Of a stretch of DNA of 64,000 bases, positions 10,716 through 21,267 are shown one piece after another (position 1 is the first letter of the stretch; every line of letters begins with the position of its first letter). Source of the stretch: Longimicrobiales bacterium (GTDB taxonomy: Bacteria > Gemmatimonadota > Gemmatimonadetes > Longimicrobiales > Gaopeijiaceae); the NCBI GenBank assembly GCA_965197725.1, contig CBDANQ010000032.1:1-64000 (forward strand), read 5' to 3'. The notes beneath the pieces were generated by a model. That model made no database searches and had not been told where the DNA came from. It worked only from the letters and a program-made list of their open reading frames with translations. A program made the position numbers and the translations under genes.

Positions 10716-13484
10716 TTAGCCGCTTCGCCCCGTCCTGACCGCGACGCCGGCGTGGCCGGTCCGGCCGATGGAGACGTATTCGAAGCCCCTCTCGGCCATC
10801 TGGTCCGGGTCGTAGAGATTCCGGCCGTCCAGGACGAGCGGCCGCTCCATCGCAGCGAGCATGCGCTCGAAGTCCGGACGCCGATATGGGTGCCACTCGG
10901 TGTGGATTACGAGGGCGGAGGCGCCGTGCAGGGCGTCGTAGTTGACGTCCGCGAACTCCACACGATCGCCGAAGCGATGGCGGGCCTCGCGCATCGCGAC
11001 GGGGTCGTGAGCGACCACACGCGCCCCCCGTTCGAGCAGCCCCTCGATCGTGGCGATGCTCGGCGCTTCCCGCATGTCGTCGGTGTTCGGCTTGAAGGCG
11101 AGACCCCAAACGCCAACGGTGCGGCCGGTGAGGTCTTCTCCGAGCCGATCGACGAGCCGCTCGAGCAAGATGCGCTTCTGTCGCTGATTCACGTGCTCGA
11201 CCGCCTGCAGAATCGACGGATCGACACCGAGCTCGCTCATCGTGCTTGCGAGCGCTTGCACATCTTTTGGAAAACAGTTGTGAACGATCAGCCCGCCCGT
11301 TGTCACGAACGTGTGCGTACCGGGCACCTCGAGCGAGTAGACCCACCCCCGAAAGGCTGCCTTGCCGTGTTCGACCACACGTACCCAGGCCGCCTCGCGC
11401 CCCGACCGGTATCCGGTCGGAGCGATCCTCTTTGATTGGCGGCCGATGGACGTCAGCACGCCCGTCCGGTCGGCCGGCTTGACGAGCTCTATAAGCCGCT
11501 CCACTTGGTCCGCACCGCACACGACGACCCAATACGTGTCCGTCGTGGACTTCGCAGTACGCGCGACCTTGAGGCGAGCGCAGATTCCCAAGCCGCCGAG
11601 CAGGCGCAACACGCCGTCGGCCAGCACGCGACTCACGGTGGCCCACTCCAAGACGACGCTCGGGCCACCCGCAACGAGCGACCAAGAGCCGTCGCCGTGC
11701 CAAAGGCCCGAGAGAAGCGCGATCTGTTCCTCCGCGGACAAGGCCCACGCGGCGTCGGGAATCTGGTGCGTGTAACAGTCGCCCCCGAGGCGAAGCTCAC
11801 GCAGCCACCAACGCGCCAGGATCCTGGAGGAGATCGAGACCAAGCGGGTCGTCGTACCTTGCCACACCCGCGCCGTTACACCCAGCCCACGCCAGTAACC
11901 GGCAACCTCTTCCACCAGCTCAGCTTCGTCTGTTGGGTGGAAGGACCACTGGAGCCGCATTCGGCGACCGTCCTGCGTGCAATGTCCCTCAGCGAGATAG
12001 AGTCCGACGATCCTCCAAAACGGAACATTGGCTTTGAGGGACGCCGGCACGTAGGTCCCATTGCGAGCGGTCCCGTAAGTGCCCTGCCCCAACGGGAGAT
12101 CAAGTCGCCGCATCTCGTGCAACCGAAGCGCACCCGTGCGAAGGATGTCATACGCCCGATGCCGACCCCGCGGGTGGTCTGCAACAGCCTCCCTAGTCGT
12201 CGCCAGGTCGAGACCCTGCGTCGCAGCCGGGCTAAGGCGCACGATCACCTCACCGTCAGCGAACTCGCGCTGCCCGAGGCCGGCGACCAAGCTCAACTCA
12301 GCCTCCCGAGTCGCCTCGTGATTCGGTCGGCCCATGGCAATAGGGAGCCAGTCGTCCTCGCAGATCTCACCTGCCAGCTTCACGCCGACAACCGCCCCGC
12401 ATCCATCCGACACCACGAGGGGGTGGTCGGTCGTGCAGCGGAGCCGGCGTCCCATCTTCGTGCGGATCAGCGCGACGTCCCCCTCGTACCACCGTCTGGT
12501 CACGACGGGGGCCCTTCGCCATTCGGCGCCGCTTTCCTCCCCCCAGGAGAGCACTTCCAGTTCGTTGACCCACGCCACTTCTGGCTCGGGCTCTCCGGGA
12601 AGACCGGACGGGACGACAGCGCACTCTTCGAAGAGTGCGTCGAGGGTCATGAGTCGAGCCTCACCCCCGAAGCGAGCCAAAACGGTCTCTTCGCCCGTGA
12701 GGCATGACCCACCGTATCCGACCCCCGGGAACAGGAAGCTCCAGCCGATGCGCGAATCGGAGCCGATCCCCCGTCGCACCGCATTCACGTCGGCTCCGGC
12801 CTTCTCGCACAGCTGCGCAATCGAGTTCATGAAGCTGATCCGCGTCGCCAGCATCGAGTTGGCCGCATACTTGGTGATCTCGGCAGAGGGAACGTCCATG
12901 ATCAAGATCTCGCGCCCAGTGCGAACGAAGGGGGCGTACAGATCGCGAAGCACCTCCGCCGCGTACTCCGAGTCCACACCGAGCACCACGCGATCAGGCT
13001 TCATGAAATCCTCGATCGCCGCCCCCTCCTTCAGGAACTCAGGGTTCGAGCAGACGTGGACCTTATGCTTCGTCCGCGACTCGATCTCGTCCCTCACATG
13101 CTTCGCCGTACCCACCGGCACGGTGCTTTTCGTGATCACGATCTTCTCGCCATGCATCGACTCACCGATTGTGCGAGCTACGGCCAGGACGTGCTGAAGG
13201 TCGGCCGAGCCGTCCTCGTCCGGTGGCGTGCCCACGGCGATAAAGACGACGTCGGACGCGCTCACTGCTTGCGGCACATCCGTGGTGAAGCTGAGGCGCC
13301 TTGCCTTCAGGTTGGCCGCGATCAGGGGCTCGAGCCCGGGTTCGTAGATAGGGATCTCGCCCCGTTTGAGGCGGTCGATCTTGTCCTGATCGATGTCCGC
13401 GCAGATCACGTCGTTGCCTGATTCAGCCAGGCAACCACCTACGACGAGCCCAACGTATCCCGAGCCGACTACCGCAATCTTCAT
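10716..13484 (-). CDS. ugd: UDP-glucose 6-dehydrogenase containing an intein (446 aa after splicing)
   Basis: [20 protein letters not shown]|...|CFPKD and [16 protein letters not shown]. Confidence 0.95.
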   Translation of the reverse strand: MKIAVVGSGYVGLVVGGCLAESGNDVICADIDQDKIDRLKRGEIPIYEPGLEPLIAANLKARRLSFTTDVPQAVSASDVVFIAVGTPPDEDGSADLQHVLAVARTIGESMHGEKIVITKSTVPVGTAKHVRDEIESRTKHKVHVCSNPEFLKEGAAIEDFMKPDRVVLGVDSEYAAEVLRDLYAPFVRTGREILIMDVPSAEITKYAANSMLATRISFMNSIAQLCEKAGADVNAVRRGIGSDSRIGWSFLFPGVGYGGSCLTGEETVLARFGGEARLMTLDALFEECAVVPSGLPGEPEPEVAWVNELEVLSWGEESGAEWRRAPVVTRRWYEGDVALIRTKMGRRLRCTTDHPLVVSDGCGAVVGVKLAGEICEDDWLPIAMGRPNHEATREAELSLVAGLGQREFADGEVIVRLSPAATQGLDLATTREAVADHPRGRHRAYDILRTGALRLHEMRRLDLPLGQGTYGTARNGTYVPASLKANVPFWRIVGLYLAEGHCTQDGRRMRLQWSFHPTDEAELVEEVAGYWRGLGVTARVWQGTTTRLVSISSRILARWWLRELRLGGDCYTHQIPDAAWALSAEEQIALLSGLWHGDGSWSLVAGGPSVVLEWATVSRVLADGVLRLLGGLGICARLKVARTAKSTTDTYWVVVCGADQVERLIELVKPADRTGVLTSIGRQSKRIAPTGYRSGREAAWVRVVEHGKAAFRGWVYSLEVPGTHTFVTTGGLIVHNCFPKDVQALASTMSELGVDPSILQAVEHVNQRQKRILLERLVDRLGEDLTGRTVGVWGLAFKPNTDDMREAPSIATIEGLLERGARVVAHDPVAMREARHRFGDRVEFADVNYDALHGASALVIHTEWHPYRRPDFERMLAAMERPLVLDGRNLYDPDQMAERGFEYVSIGRTGHAGVAVRTGRSG
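11277..12704 (-). mobile_element. Intein (476 aa) with LAGLIDADG homing endonuclease
   Basis: Starts CLTGEE; block [19 protein letters not shown]-like VGLYLAEGH and [10 protein letters not shown]; ends [22 protein letters not shown] followed by Cys+1. Confidence 0.95.
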
Positions 13485-13525
13485 ATCGTGCCGAGTGAGG
13501 TCTTGGAGGTCGTGAGGGCCCTAAA

Positions 13526-15508
13526 CTACTTCACCGCTCGCAGCTCGAACAACTGATCCCGAATCAGCGCCGCCCGCTCGAAGTCCAAGGCCTCCGCCGC
13601 TACCTCCATCTCCTTCTCGAGGATCTTTACGAACTCCTCGCGGTCCACCTCGTCGGCGTAGGTCTCACCCGCCTCAGCGACCACGGCAGGCGCCACGCGC
13701 GCGTCCGCGACGCGTGTCGAGAACTCGATCTCCTCGACGCTCTTCCGGATTGTCTCGGGGCTGATGCCGTGCTCTTCGTTGTGCGCGATCTGGATCGCAC
13801 GCCTCCGATTCGTCTCATCGATGCAGCGCCGCATCGATTTCGTGATGCGGTCCGCGTACATGATCGCTCGGCTGTTCACGTTCCGGGCCGCCCGCCCGAT
13901 GGTCTGAATCAGCGACCGTCCATCTCTCAGGAAGCCCTCCTTGTCGGCATCGAGGATCGCGACCAGCGACACCTCAGGAAGATCCAGCCCCTCCCGCAAC
14001 AGGTTGATTCCCACGAGCACGTCGATCTTGCCCAGTCTCAGGGACCGGATGATCGCCATGCGCTCGATGGTGTCGACCTCCGAGTGCATGTAGCGGACGC
14101 GTACTCCGACCGACTGCAGATACTCTGAAAGATCCTCCGCCATGCGTTTGGTCAGCGTCGTCACGAGCACGCGCTCGCGCTTCTTCTCTCGCTCGCGAAT
14201 CTCTGCAAGCAGGTCGTCGACCTGGCCTTTCACGGGGCGAACTTCCACGTCGGGATCGACCAGTCCGGTCGGTCGAATGATCTGCTCGACCACGACACCC
14301 CCTGCCCTCTCGATCTCCCAGTCACCGGGGGTGGCCGACACAAAAAGTGTGCTTGGGACCAAGTCGGCCCACTCGTCGAACCTGAGCGGTCGGTTGTCGA
14401 GCGCGGACGGGAGCCTGAACCCGTGCTCGATCAGCGTCTCCTTTCGGGAGCGGTCTCCTTTGTACATGCCGTTGATCTGAGGCAAAGAAACGTGCGACTC
14501 GTCGACGACCACGAGGAAGTCCGCCGGGAAGTAGTCGAGCAGGCACGCAGGTCGCTCCCCGGTCCGGCGCCGACTCGTGTACAACGAGTAGTTCTCGATC
14601 CCCGGGCACGTCCCGATTTCGAGCATCATCTCGATATCGAAGTTCGTGCGCTGCTCAAGCCGCTGCGCCTCCAGGAGCTTGCCCTCATTCCGGAACCGGG
14701 CGAGCTGTTGATCGAGCTCGCAGCGGATGAGCGGGGCCATTTCGTCGATCGTGCGACGCTCGGTCACGTAGTGGCTCGCGGGATAGATCGCGGTTCGGTC
14801 CAGAGTCGTGATGATCTCTCCCGTCAGCGGATCAAAGCGCGTGATACGCTCGACCTCATCGCCCCAGAGCTCGATGCGGATCGCCTGCTCGTCGTACGCC
14901 GGGAAGACCTCGACCGTGTCCCCCCGTACGCGAAACGTCCCGCGCTCGAATAGGTAGTCGTTGCGCCTGTATTGGATGTCGACGAGCCCGCGCAGAATGT
15001 CACGCCGAGGCTTCTCGCCCCCGACCTCGACGTGCAGCATCAGGCTCCGGTAGTCCATCGGACTTCCGAGACCGTAGATGCACGAGACCGACGCGACGAC
15101 GATCACGTCCTCCCGCTCCATGAGCGACGACGTGGTCCGGAGTCGGAGCCGCTCGATGTCCTCGTTGATCGAGGCGTCCTTCTCGATGTACGTGTCCGTA
15201 GAGGGCACGTACGCCTCGGGCTGGTAGTAGTCGTAGTACGAGATGAAGAACTCGACCGCGTTGTGCGGGAAAAGCGACTTGAGCTCCCCGTAGAGCTGCG
15301 CGGCGAGCGTCTTGTTGTGCGACATCACGAGCGTCGGCCGGCCGTAGTCGGCGATCACGTGCGCGATCGAGAACGTCTTCCCAGTGCCTGTGGCTCCGAG
15401 CAGGACCTGCGCGGTGTCACCCCGCGTGAGGCCCTCGCGGAGCTCGACGATTGCGGTGGGCTGGTCGCCGGCGGGCTGGTGCTGTGAGACGAGTTGGAAG
15501 TCCGCCAT
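13526..15508 (-). CDS. uvrB: Excinuclease ABC subunit B
   Basis: [23 protein letters not shown] and [11 protein letters not shown]-terminal UVR domain. Confidence 0.98.
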   Translation of the reverse strand: MADFQLVSQHQPAGDQPTAIVELREGLTRGDTAQVLLGATGTGKTFSIAHVIADYGRPTLVMSHNKTLAAQLYGELKSLFPHNAVEFFISYYDYYQPEAYVPSTDTYIEKDASINEDIERLRLRTTSSLMEREDVIVVASVSCIYGLGSPMDYRSLMLHVEVGGEKPRRDILRGLVDIQYRRNDYLFERGTFRVRGDTVEVFPAYDEQAIRIELWGDEVERITRFDPLTGEIITTLDRTAIYPASHYVTERRTIDEMAPLIRCELDQQLARFRNEGKLLEAQRLEQRTNFDIEMMLEIGTCPGIENYSLYTSRRRTGERPACLLDYFPADFLVVVDESHVSLPQINGMYKGDRSRKETLIEHGFRLPSALDNRPLRFDEWADLVPSTLFVSATPGDWEIERAGGVVVEQIIRPTGLVDPDVEVRPVKGQVDDLLAEIREREKKRERVLVTTLTKRMAEDLSEYLQSVGVRVRYMHSEVDTIERMAIIRSLRLGKIDVLVGINLLREGLDLPEVSLVAILDADKEGFLRDGRSLIQTIGRAARNVNSRAIMYADRITKSMRRCIDETNRRRAIQIAHNEEHGISPETIRKSVEEIEFSTRVADARVAPAVVAEAGETYADEVDREEFVKILEKEMEVAAEALDFERAALIRDQLFELRAVK

Positions 15509-15511
15509 CTC

Positions 15512-16271
15512 CTACGGCCCTGACGCTTCCGCAGAGGCGAGCTTCTCCCGCCACCACTCGGGCACGCTCGTCTGAGCCTTTCGATACGTCTCGGGCAGAC
15601 CGATGTCGATGAAGAAGCCGTCGTCGACGACGCCGCTCAGGGCACGCTCCGACACCAGCGCTGGCAGGAGCTCGGTCTCGATGGACGACGGCGTGCCCAG
15701 CCGATCGATCGCTGCCCGCCGCAATGCGTAGATCCCCCCGTTGATGATCCCCGCTCCACTTTTGCTGTTGTCGGCGCTGTTGTCGGCGCTCTTCTCGACG
15801 AATCCGACGACGTTGCTTCCTTCCAGCCTGACCCGTCCGTACCGCGCCGTGTCGGGCACCCTCCGGAGTGCGACGGCTCCGAGCGTACCCGATTCGAGTA
15901 GAGTCTTTTCGAGCCGGGGCAGAGAAGCATCGAACAGCGTGTCGCCGTTGAGCACGAAGAAACTCTGCTCGAGCCGTTGGCGCAGAAGCGGCAATGCACC
16001 ACCCGTTCCCAGTGGCTCGCTCTCGACGAAGGTCTCCATCACCAGCGGCGACTCGAGCCGGCTCTAGCCATTGCGAGAACGAATCTGCCTTATGACCGAT
16101 GGCAAGGATGATGTTGCTCACCCCCTGGCGCGCGAGGTTGTCGAGCAGCCACTCGAGGAACGGTCGCCCCCCCACGGGTAGCAGCGGCTTAGGCTGCTTC
16201 TCGGTCAACTGCCCAAGGCGGGTTCCCAGCCCCCCAGCGAGTACGACGGCCTGACGTATCGCTTCCGTCAC
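15512..16271 (-). pseudogene. hddC: Heptose-1-phosphate guanylyltransferase (HddC-like), frameshifted near 16055
   Basis: VVLAGGLGTRL and PKPLLPV in one frame; EPLGTGGAL, VLNGDT and FIDIGLPE in another. Confidence 0.75.
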
Positions 16272-16284
16272 TCCGCCGCCGCCC

Positions 16285-17221
16285 TCATCGCTCCCTGAAA
16301 TCTCCGCGGTGCGAGCGAAACCAGTCGACGGCTCGGCCGATGCCGGTCTCGAGAGCGTGCGCGGCCCTCCAACCCGTCGAGCCGATCTTCCGGACGTCGA
16401 AGACTCTCTCCCGCTGGCCGGCCGGCTTGGAGGTATCGTACGTGATCTTCCCCATGTACCCCGCAGCTTCCGTGATGGTCTCCGCCAGCGCGCGAACCGT
16501 CGTCTGTTCCCCAGACGCAACGTTGACCGGCCCGGAAAAGCGTTCATCCATAAGGCGGATCATCGCGTCGATGCAGTCCTCGATGTAGAGGAAATCACGC
16601 ATCGCCGTGCCGTCCCCCCAGATCGCGACCTCGGGGGCCACGATCTCCGTGGCCTCGACGAAGCGCCGGACGAGCGCCGGCACCACATGCGAGTGCTCTG
16701 GGTGGAAGTTGTCGTGCGGCCCGTACAGGTTCGCCGGAAGACAGTAACAATAGTCGAGGGCGCCGTGCTCCTTCAGCGCCTCGAGATGAACAAGCATGCC
16801 ACGCTTCGCATACGCGTACGCATCGTTCGTTTCCTCCGGCACACCGTCCAAGTACTCCTCCTCACGAAGCACGTCTCCCTCCAGGCGCTTCGGGTATGCG
16901 CACCCCGTACCCATCGCGAACACATACTCGACGCCCGCGTCGACGGCAGCGTCGAGCACGTGCGTGTTAATCAGCACATTGTCCCGGTAGAAGCCCGGCT
17001 TTTGCGTCGCGTTGGCGTAGATACCGCCTACGCGCGCCGCGAGGTGAAAGAGGATCGTGGGACGGATCCCCCGCAGCAGCTCACGTGCCACCCGTGCCTC
17101 TCGCAGATCCCTCTCGCTCCCTGTCGCGACGACCTCGTGAGCGTCGGCCCGCAAACGCTCGACGAGGTTGCGCCCCGACGAGTCCGGTACCGCCAGTGAC
17201 GAGGATCGGTGACTCGGTCAT
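16285..17221 (-). pseudogene. GDP-L-fucose synthase-like epimerase/reductase, +1 frameshift in a G4 run near 17175
   Basis: ILVTGGTGLVG in one frame, then HLAARVGGI, YAYAK and NLYGPHDNF; ATG overlaps the hddA stop. Confidence 0.8.
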
Positions 17222-18204
17222 TGAGCGGTCCCGGGCTGGTAGTGGATGACCTGCATACCCGTGCGATCGAAAGAGAAAGGCACGAACAGCAGGTCGGACA
17301 GCCGCTCGCGGACGGCGCGTTGCATCTCCTCGGGGCAGACCAGGATCATGAATCCGCCGGCCCCCGCCCCCAGGATCTTGCCGCCCGTCGCCCCGGCATC
17401 GAGCGCCGCGTTGTACGCCTCGTCGATCATGTGGTTCGTGGTTCCAGGGAACTTGCGCTTGCGTAGCCACGTCTCGTGCAACAGCTCGCCGAGATCTCTC
17501 ATTTCCCCGGCCGAGATGATGCGCAGCGCCGACTTCACCGAGTCGTGAATGAAGCGCAACAAATGATCGTACTGCTCCGGGTCGTAATCGCGCGCGGGTG
17601 ACACTTGCCCACTTTGGCGCGCCTTCGGGACGTAGCAGAGCAGCAGGGACCGTTGCAGTGCCTTCAGTCGCTCGGGCGGAAGAACGATCGGACGGACCGC
17701 GAAGTCACCTGTCGGATCGAATTCGATGTGGTTGAAGCCGCCGTACGCGGCGGCGACCTGGTCCTGATACCCCCCCGGCTCCATTAGCACATGTCGCTCG
17801 AGTCGGATGGCCTCGATCGCGAGGTCCTTGCGAGACAATAGCCGCCCATCGAGCCCGCCGAGCGCCCCAACGAGGCCGACGCCGAACGCCGAGCTCGTTC
17901 CCAGCCCACTCCACGCGGGCAGGTCAGCGTCGTAGTGGATCTCGACGTGCATGCGCTGGAAGCGCTCGAGCGCTGCCCGGATCAGCGGATGCTGGATCTC
18001 GTCGAGCTCCGAAACCAGCTCGATCCGGGAGTAGGCCAGGCGCACCTTGTGGTCGAAGAACGGCGGCAACGGCCGCGCGGTCACGTAGCAATACTTGTCG
18101 ATGGTGGTCGACAGGACGGCGCCACCGAAGCGCTCGAACCAGACCGGAATGTCGGTGCCGCCTCCGAAGACAGAGACGCGGAAAGGGACGCGCGTGATGA
18201 TCAT
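17218..18204 (-). CDS. hddA: D-glycero-alpha-D-manno-heptose-7-phosphate kinase (GHMP family)
   Basis: PFRVSVFGGGTD, SGLGTSS, GYQDQ and GKILGAGAGGF. Confidence 0.85.
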   Translation of the reverse strand: MIITRVPFRVSVFGGGTDIPVWFERFGGAVLSTTIDKYCYVTARPLPPFFDHKVRLAYSRIELVSELDEIQHPLIRAALERFQRMHVEIHYDADLPAWSGLGTSSAFGVGLVGALGGLDGRLLSRKDLAIEAIRLERHVLMEPGGYQDQVAAAYGGFNHIEFDPTGDFAVRPIVLPPERLKALQRSLLLCYVPKARQSGQVSPARDYDPEQYDHLLRFIHDSVKSALRIISAGEMRDLGELLHETWLRKRKFPGTTNHMIDEAYNAALDAGATGGKILGAGAGGFMILVCPEEMQRAVRERLSDLLFVPFSFDRTGMQVIHYQPGTAQ

Positions 18205-18210
18205 CTCAGC

Positions 18211-19227
18211 CTATCGCGTCAGGAAGGTCTGGCCCTTGGCGATGCGCGCACGCCAATACTCGAGCAGGTCCCGCATGGTCGTCTCAAACGGGATCTCCGG
18301 CTTCCAGCCCGTATGCGCCCTGAACTTCGACGTGTCGGGCACCTGCAGGTCTGCGTCGATGGGACGGAGCCGCTGCGGGTCGACCACCACCTCGATGTCG
18401 TCTCGGCTGCTGAACGAGATCAGCGTGTCGAGCATCTCTCCAACCGTGCAAGAGTAGCTGCCTCCGATGTTGTAATACTCCCCCCCAATGGGGTCCTGCG
18501 TCACGAGCACGTAATATGCGTGCACCGCGTCGCGCACGTCCGCGAATGTCCGTAGTGAATCCAGGTTGCCGACGTTGACCACGGGCGGTATCTGGTCCGC
18601 CTCGATCATCGCAATCTGCTTGGCGAATGTGGACTCCGCGAAGACGTCACCACGCCGCGGGCCGGTATGCGTGAACATGCGCGTCGTCATGACGGTCATC
18701 CCGTATGCCTCCGCGTAGTAACGACCCAGAAGGTCGGTTCCCACCTTGGATATCGCATACGGAGATGCCGGGTGGAACGTCGTCTCCTCCCCAATCGGTA
18801 CGAGCTCCTTCGATACGCGGCCGAATACCTCGGAAGACGCGCACACATGGACCACCGGATCGAAGTCCGAGTGCCGAATAGCCTCCAGCACGTGTGCGGT
18901 GCCCTGAATGTTGGTCTCGAGCGTGTCGAGCGGCGCGGTGAACGACGTCTGGGGATAGCTCTGCGCCGCCAGGTGGAAGACGTAATCGGGCCTCGACGTC
19001 TCGATCGCTCGCTGGACCGAGAGGTAGTCGCGCAGGTCGCCGTATACCAGCCGTAAGCGATCACCGCGGTTCATGCGATCCAGGTGGTGCTCGATGTTGT
19101 CGAGGGGGCTACGCCAACGCGCGAGCCCAACGAGGTCCCAGTCGGTGTTGTCGAGCAGGTAGTCGGTGAGGTGAGAACCGACCATGCCGGTGATGCCGGT
19201 GATGCCGGTGATGAGGGCGGTAGTCAT
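18211..19227 (-). CDS. GDP-manno-heptose/GDP-mannose 4,6-dehydratase, DmhA-like
   Basis: LLDNTDW, HLAAQSYPQTSF, PYAISKVGTD, THTGPRRGDVFAESTFAKQIA and RPIDAD resemble DmhA-type enzymes; next to hddA/hddC. Confidence 0.8.
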   Translation of the reverse strand: MTTALITGITGITGMVGSHLTDYLLDNTDWDLVGLARWRSPLDNIEHHLDRMNRGDRLRLVYGDLRDYLSVQRAIETSRPDYVFHLAAQSYPQTSFTAPLDTLETNIQGTAHVLEAIRHSDFDPVVHVCASSEVFGRVSKELVPIGEETTFHPASPYAISKVGTDLLGRYYAEAYGMTVMTTRMFTHTGPRRGDVFAESTFAKQIAMIEADQIPPVVNVGNLDSLRTFADVRDAVHAYYVLVTQDPIGGEYYNIGGSYSCTVGEMLDTLISFSSRDDIEVVVDPQRLRPIDADLQVPDTSKFRAHTGWKPEIPFETTMRDLLEYWRARIAKGQTFLTR

Positions 19228-19230
19228 GTG

Positions 19231-19325
19231 TCGAGGTGGGCCGGATCACGTACCTCGACCACGAATTCGCCGTGCATCCCACCCTCCATGGGGCGCATGT
19301 CCACGTGAGAGATGTCGGTGCCGGT
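19231..19325 (-). repeat. Diverged 95-bp copy of the relA 3' ACT-domain segment (21359-21453)
   Basis: About 7 mismatches by manual alignment; [30 protein letters not shown] versus [30 protein letters not shown]. Confidence 0.9.
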
Positions 19326-19364
19326 CCCTAAGACCATCCAGGTGGAATTGCATGGCCCCCCGCA

Positions 19365-19475
19365 TATGAGGACGCTATTCAGGGTCCCCGGAGCAAGCTC
19401 GTCGTTTATCGTCCCCGGTACCGTCACGAGACCCTTCTTCTCACGGTGCTTGCATCGATGTTCGGAACACCGTTT
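19365..19475 (-). pseudogene. Degenerate HicA-family toxin remnant
   Basis: HRCKHREKKGLVTVPGTINDELAPGTLNSVL resembles HicA (SHRQFKHP.KKG.VTVP....DLAPGTL.SIL); no start codon or hicB. Confidence 0.65.
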
Positions 19476-19506
19476 CCCGGCGAAAGGTCCGGATGGTTTC
19501 AGTCGC

Positions 19507-20052
19507 CTACACCGCCCGGAACACCTCGAGGAGTGGGATCTCGAAAGCGCGACCGGTGACACGCCAGCGCAGGACATCCCTGACCTGCTCCGGCTCCTCC
19601 AAGTCTGGGCGCCAGACCTCGACCATCCGCTCGTCGATGTCGATGACCCACACCTCCTCCACCCCGCTCTCCAGGTAGCGCTTCCGCTTGAGGTTCCGGT
19701 CGTAGCTCTCGGTGCTCGGCGACAGGACCTCCACCACGAGGTCGGGGGGGCCGTGCACGTCCCCTTCGGGGTCGGCGATCTCCAGTCGGTCCTTCCGGAT
19801 GAAGACGACATCCGGCTCCAGCACCAGCTCGTCGTGGAGGTGCACGGTGATGGGGCCCACAGCCATCCCCAGATCGTGCTCGCGGGCCCGCGTCGTCAAC
19901 GCCAGCATGACGTCGCGGGCAACCTGTTGATGGTTCAAGCGGGGCACGGGCGTCACGAACAGCTCGCCGTCCACGATCTCGTGGCGCCGGTGATCTTCTG
20001 GGATGGACTGGTAGTCCGTGTAGGTGTAGCGGACGGTTGAAGCTCGATGCAC
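19507..20052 (-). CDS. Uma2 family (PD-(D/E)XK-like) endonuclease
   Basis: HEIVDGELFVTPVP, LEPDVVF, GPPDLVVEVLSPST and GVEEVWVID; GTG start after GGAGG. Confidence 0.88.
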   Translation of the reverse strand: MHRASTVRYTYTDYQSIPEDHRRHEIVDGELFVTPVPRLNHQQVARDVMLALTTRAREHDLGMAVGPITVHLHDELVLEPDVVFIRKDRLEIADPEGDVHGPPDLVVEVLSPSTESYDRNLKRKRYLESGVEEVWVIDIDERMVEVWRPDLEEPEQVRDVLRWRVTGRAFEIPLLEVFRAV

Positions 20053-20188
20053 CGGAGGCCTCCAGGGGCGGCAGGGGGACAACGCATAATAGGGGATCGC
20101 AGCTCGGAGCGGGAAGTGCCTGGACGTTGAATGCTCCGGAACGCTGCCGTTCACGGAGGGGCGCGAGAATGGCGGGGGAGGGCGGTGG

Positions 20189-21235
20189 TCATCGGATCGC
20201 TGATCCGCGCAGGTCCACCTCGTGTCCATGGTCCGCCAGAGTTCGTTCTCGCTTCGCGAGCTCGTGGTCGTGATCCACCATCATTCTCACGAGCTCGTGA
20301 AAATCGACCTTCGGCTCCCAGCCCAGCATGCGACTAGCCTTGCTCGCGTCGCCCTCGAGGTGGTCCACTTCGGTCGGACGCAGGTACCGTGGATCGAACT
20401 CGACGTGCTCTTGCCAGTCCAGGTCCACGTATCCGAAGGCCTCATCGACCAGCTGCCGGATGGAGTAGGACTCCCCCGTCGCGACACAGTAGTCGGACGG
20501 CGTGTCCTGCTGCAGCGTCAGCCACATGGCTTCCACGTAGTCTCCGGCGAAACCCCAATCTCGCTTGGCATCGAGGTTGCCCAGATACAGCCTGTCCTGC
20601 AGCCCTTCGAGAATTCGCCCGATCGCCCTGGTGACCTTGCGCGTCACGAAGGTCTCACCTCGTCGAGGCGATTCATGGTTGAACAGGATGCCGTTGCACA
20701 CGAATAGGTCGTAGGCCTCGCGATAGTTGATCGCATACCAGTGCGCGGCCACCTTGCTGACCGCGTAGGGGCTACGAGGATGGAATGGGGTTTCTTCGCT
20801 CTGGCGAGGCGGGGCGGCTCCGAACATCTCGGATGAGCCCGCGTTGTACACGCGAATCTCACGCCCTTCTCGAGCCTGCGCCTCGCGCACCGCTTCGAGC
20901 AGCCGCAAGGTACCGATCGCGTCGACATCCGCCGTGTACAACGGCTGATCGAACGAGACGCGCACGTGAGACTGCGCTCCCAAATGGTAGACTTCGTCGG
21001 GACGCGTCTCGCTCATGACCCGCCCGAGACCGCTAGCGTCCGCGAGGTCCCCGTAGTGCAGGATCAGTCTGACATCGTCTTCGTGCCGATCCCGGTACAT
21101 GTGATCGATGCGGTCGGTATTGAAGCTAGACGCGCGCCTGATCACCCCGTGCACGACATATCCCTTGTCCAGCAGGTACTCAGCCAGATACGAGCCGTCC
21201 TGGCCAGTAACGCCTGTGATCAAAGCGGTCTTCAT
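20189..21235 (-). CDS. gmd: GDP-mannose 4,6-dehydratase
   Basis: [33 protein letters not shown] and [10 protein letters not shown]. Confidence 0.96.
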   Translation of the reverse strand: MKTALITGVTGQDGSYLAEYLLDKGYVVHGVIRRASSFNTDRIDHMYRDRHEDDVRLILHYGDLADASGLGRVMSETRPDEVYHLGAQSHVRVSFDQPLYTADVDAIGTLRLLEAVREAQAREGREIRVYNAGSSEMFGAAPPRQSEETPFHPRSPYAVSKVAAHWYAINYREAYDLFVCNGILFNHESPRRGETFVTRKVTRAIGRILEGLQDRLYLGNLDAKRDWGFAGDYVEAMWLTLQQDTPSDYCVATGESYSIRQLVDEAFGYVDLDWQEHVEFDPRYLRPTEVDHLEGDASKASRMLGWEPKVDFHELVRMMVDHDHELAKRERTLADHGHEVDLRGSAIR

Positions 21236-21267
21236 CCAACTCGCTTCAGTTTGCCGGGATCCGGGCG

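Noticed and set aside
11436..12707. Long antisense ORFs (this one, 21616-23001, 44724-46229 and others)
   Set aside because: Shadow ORFs of high-GC coding genes, with no recognisable motifs
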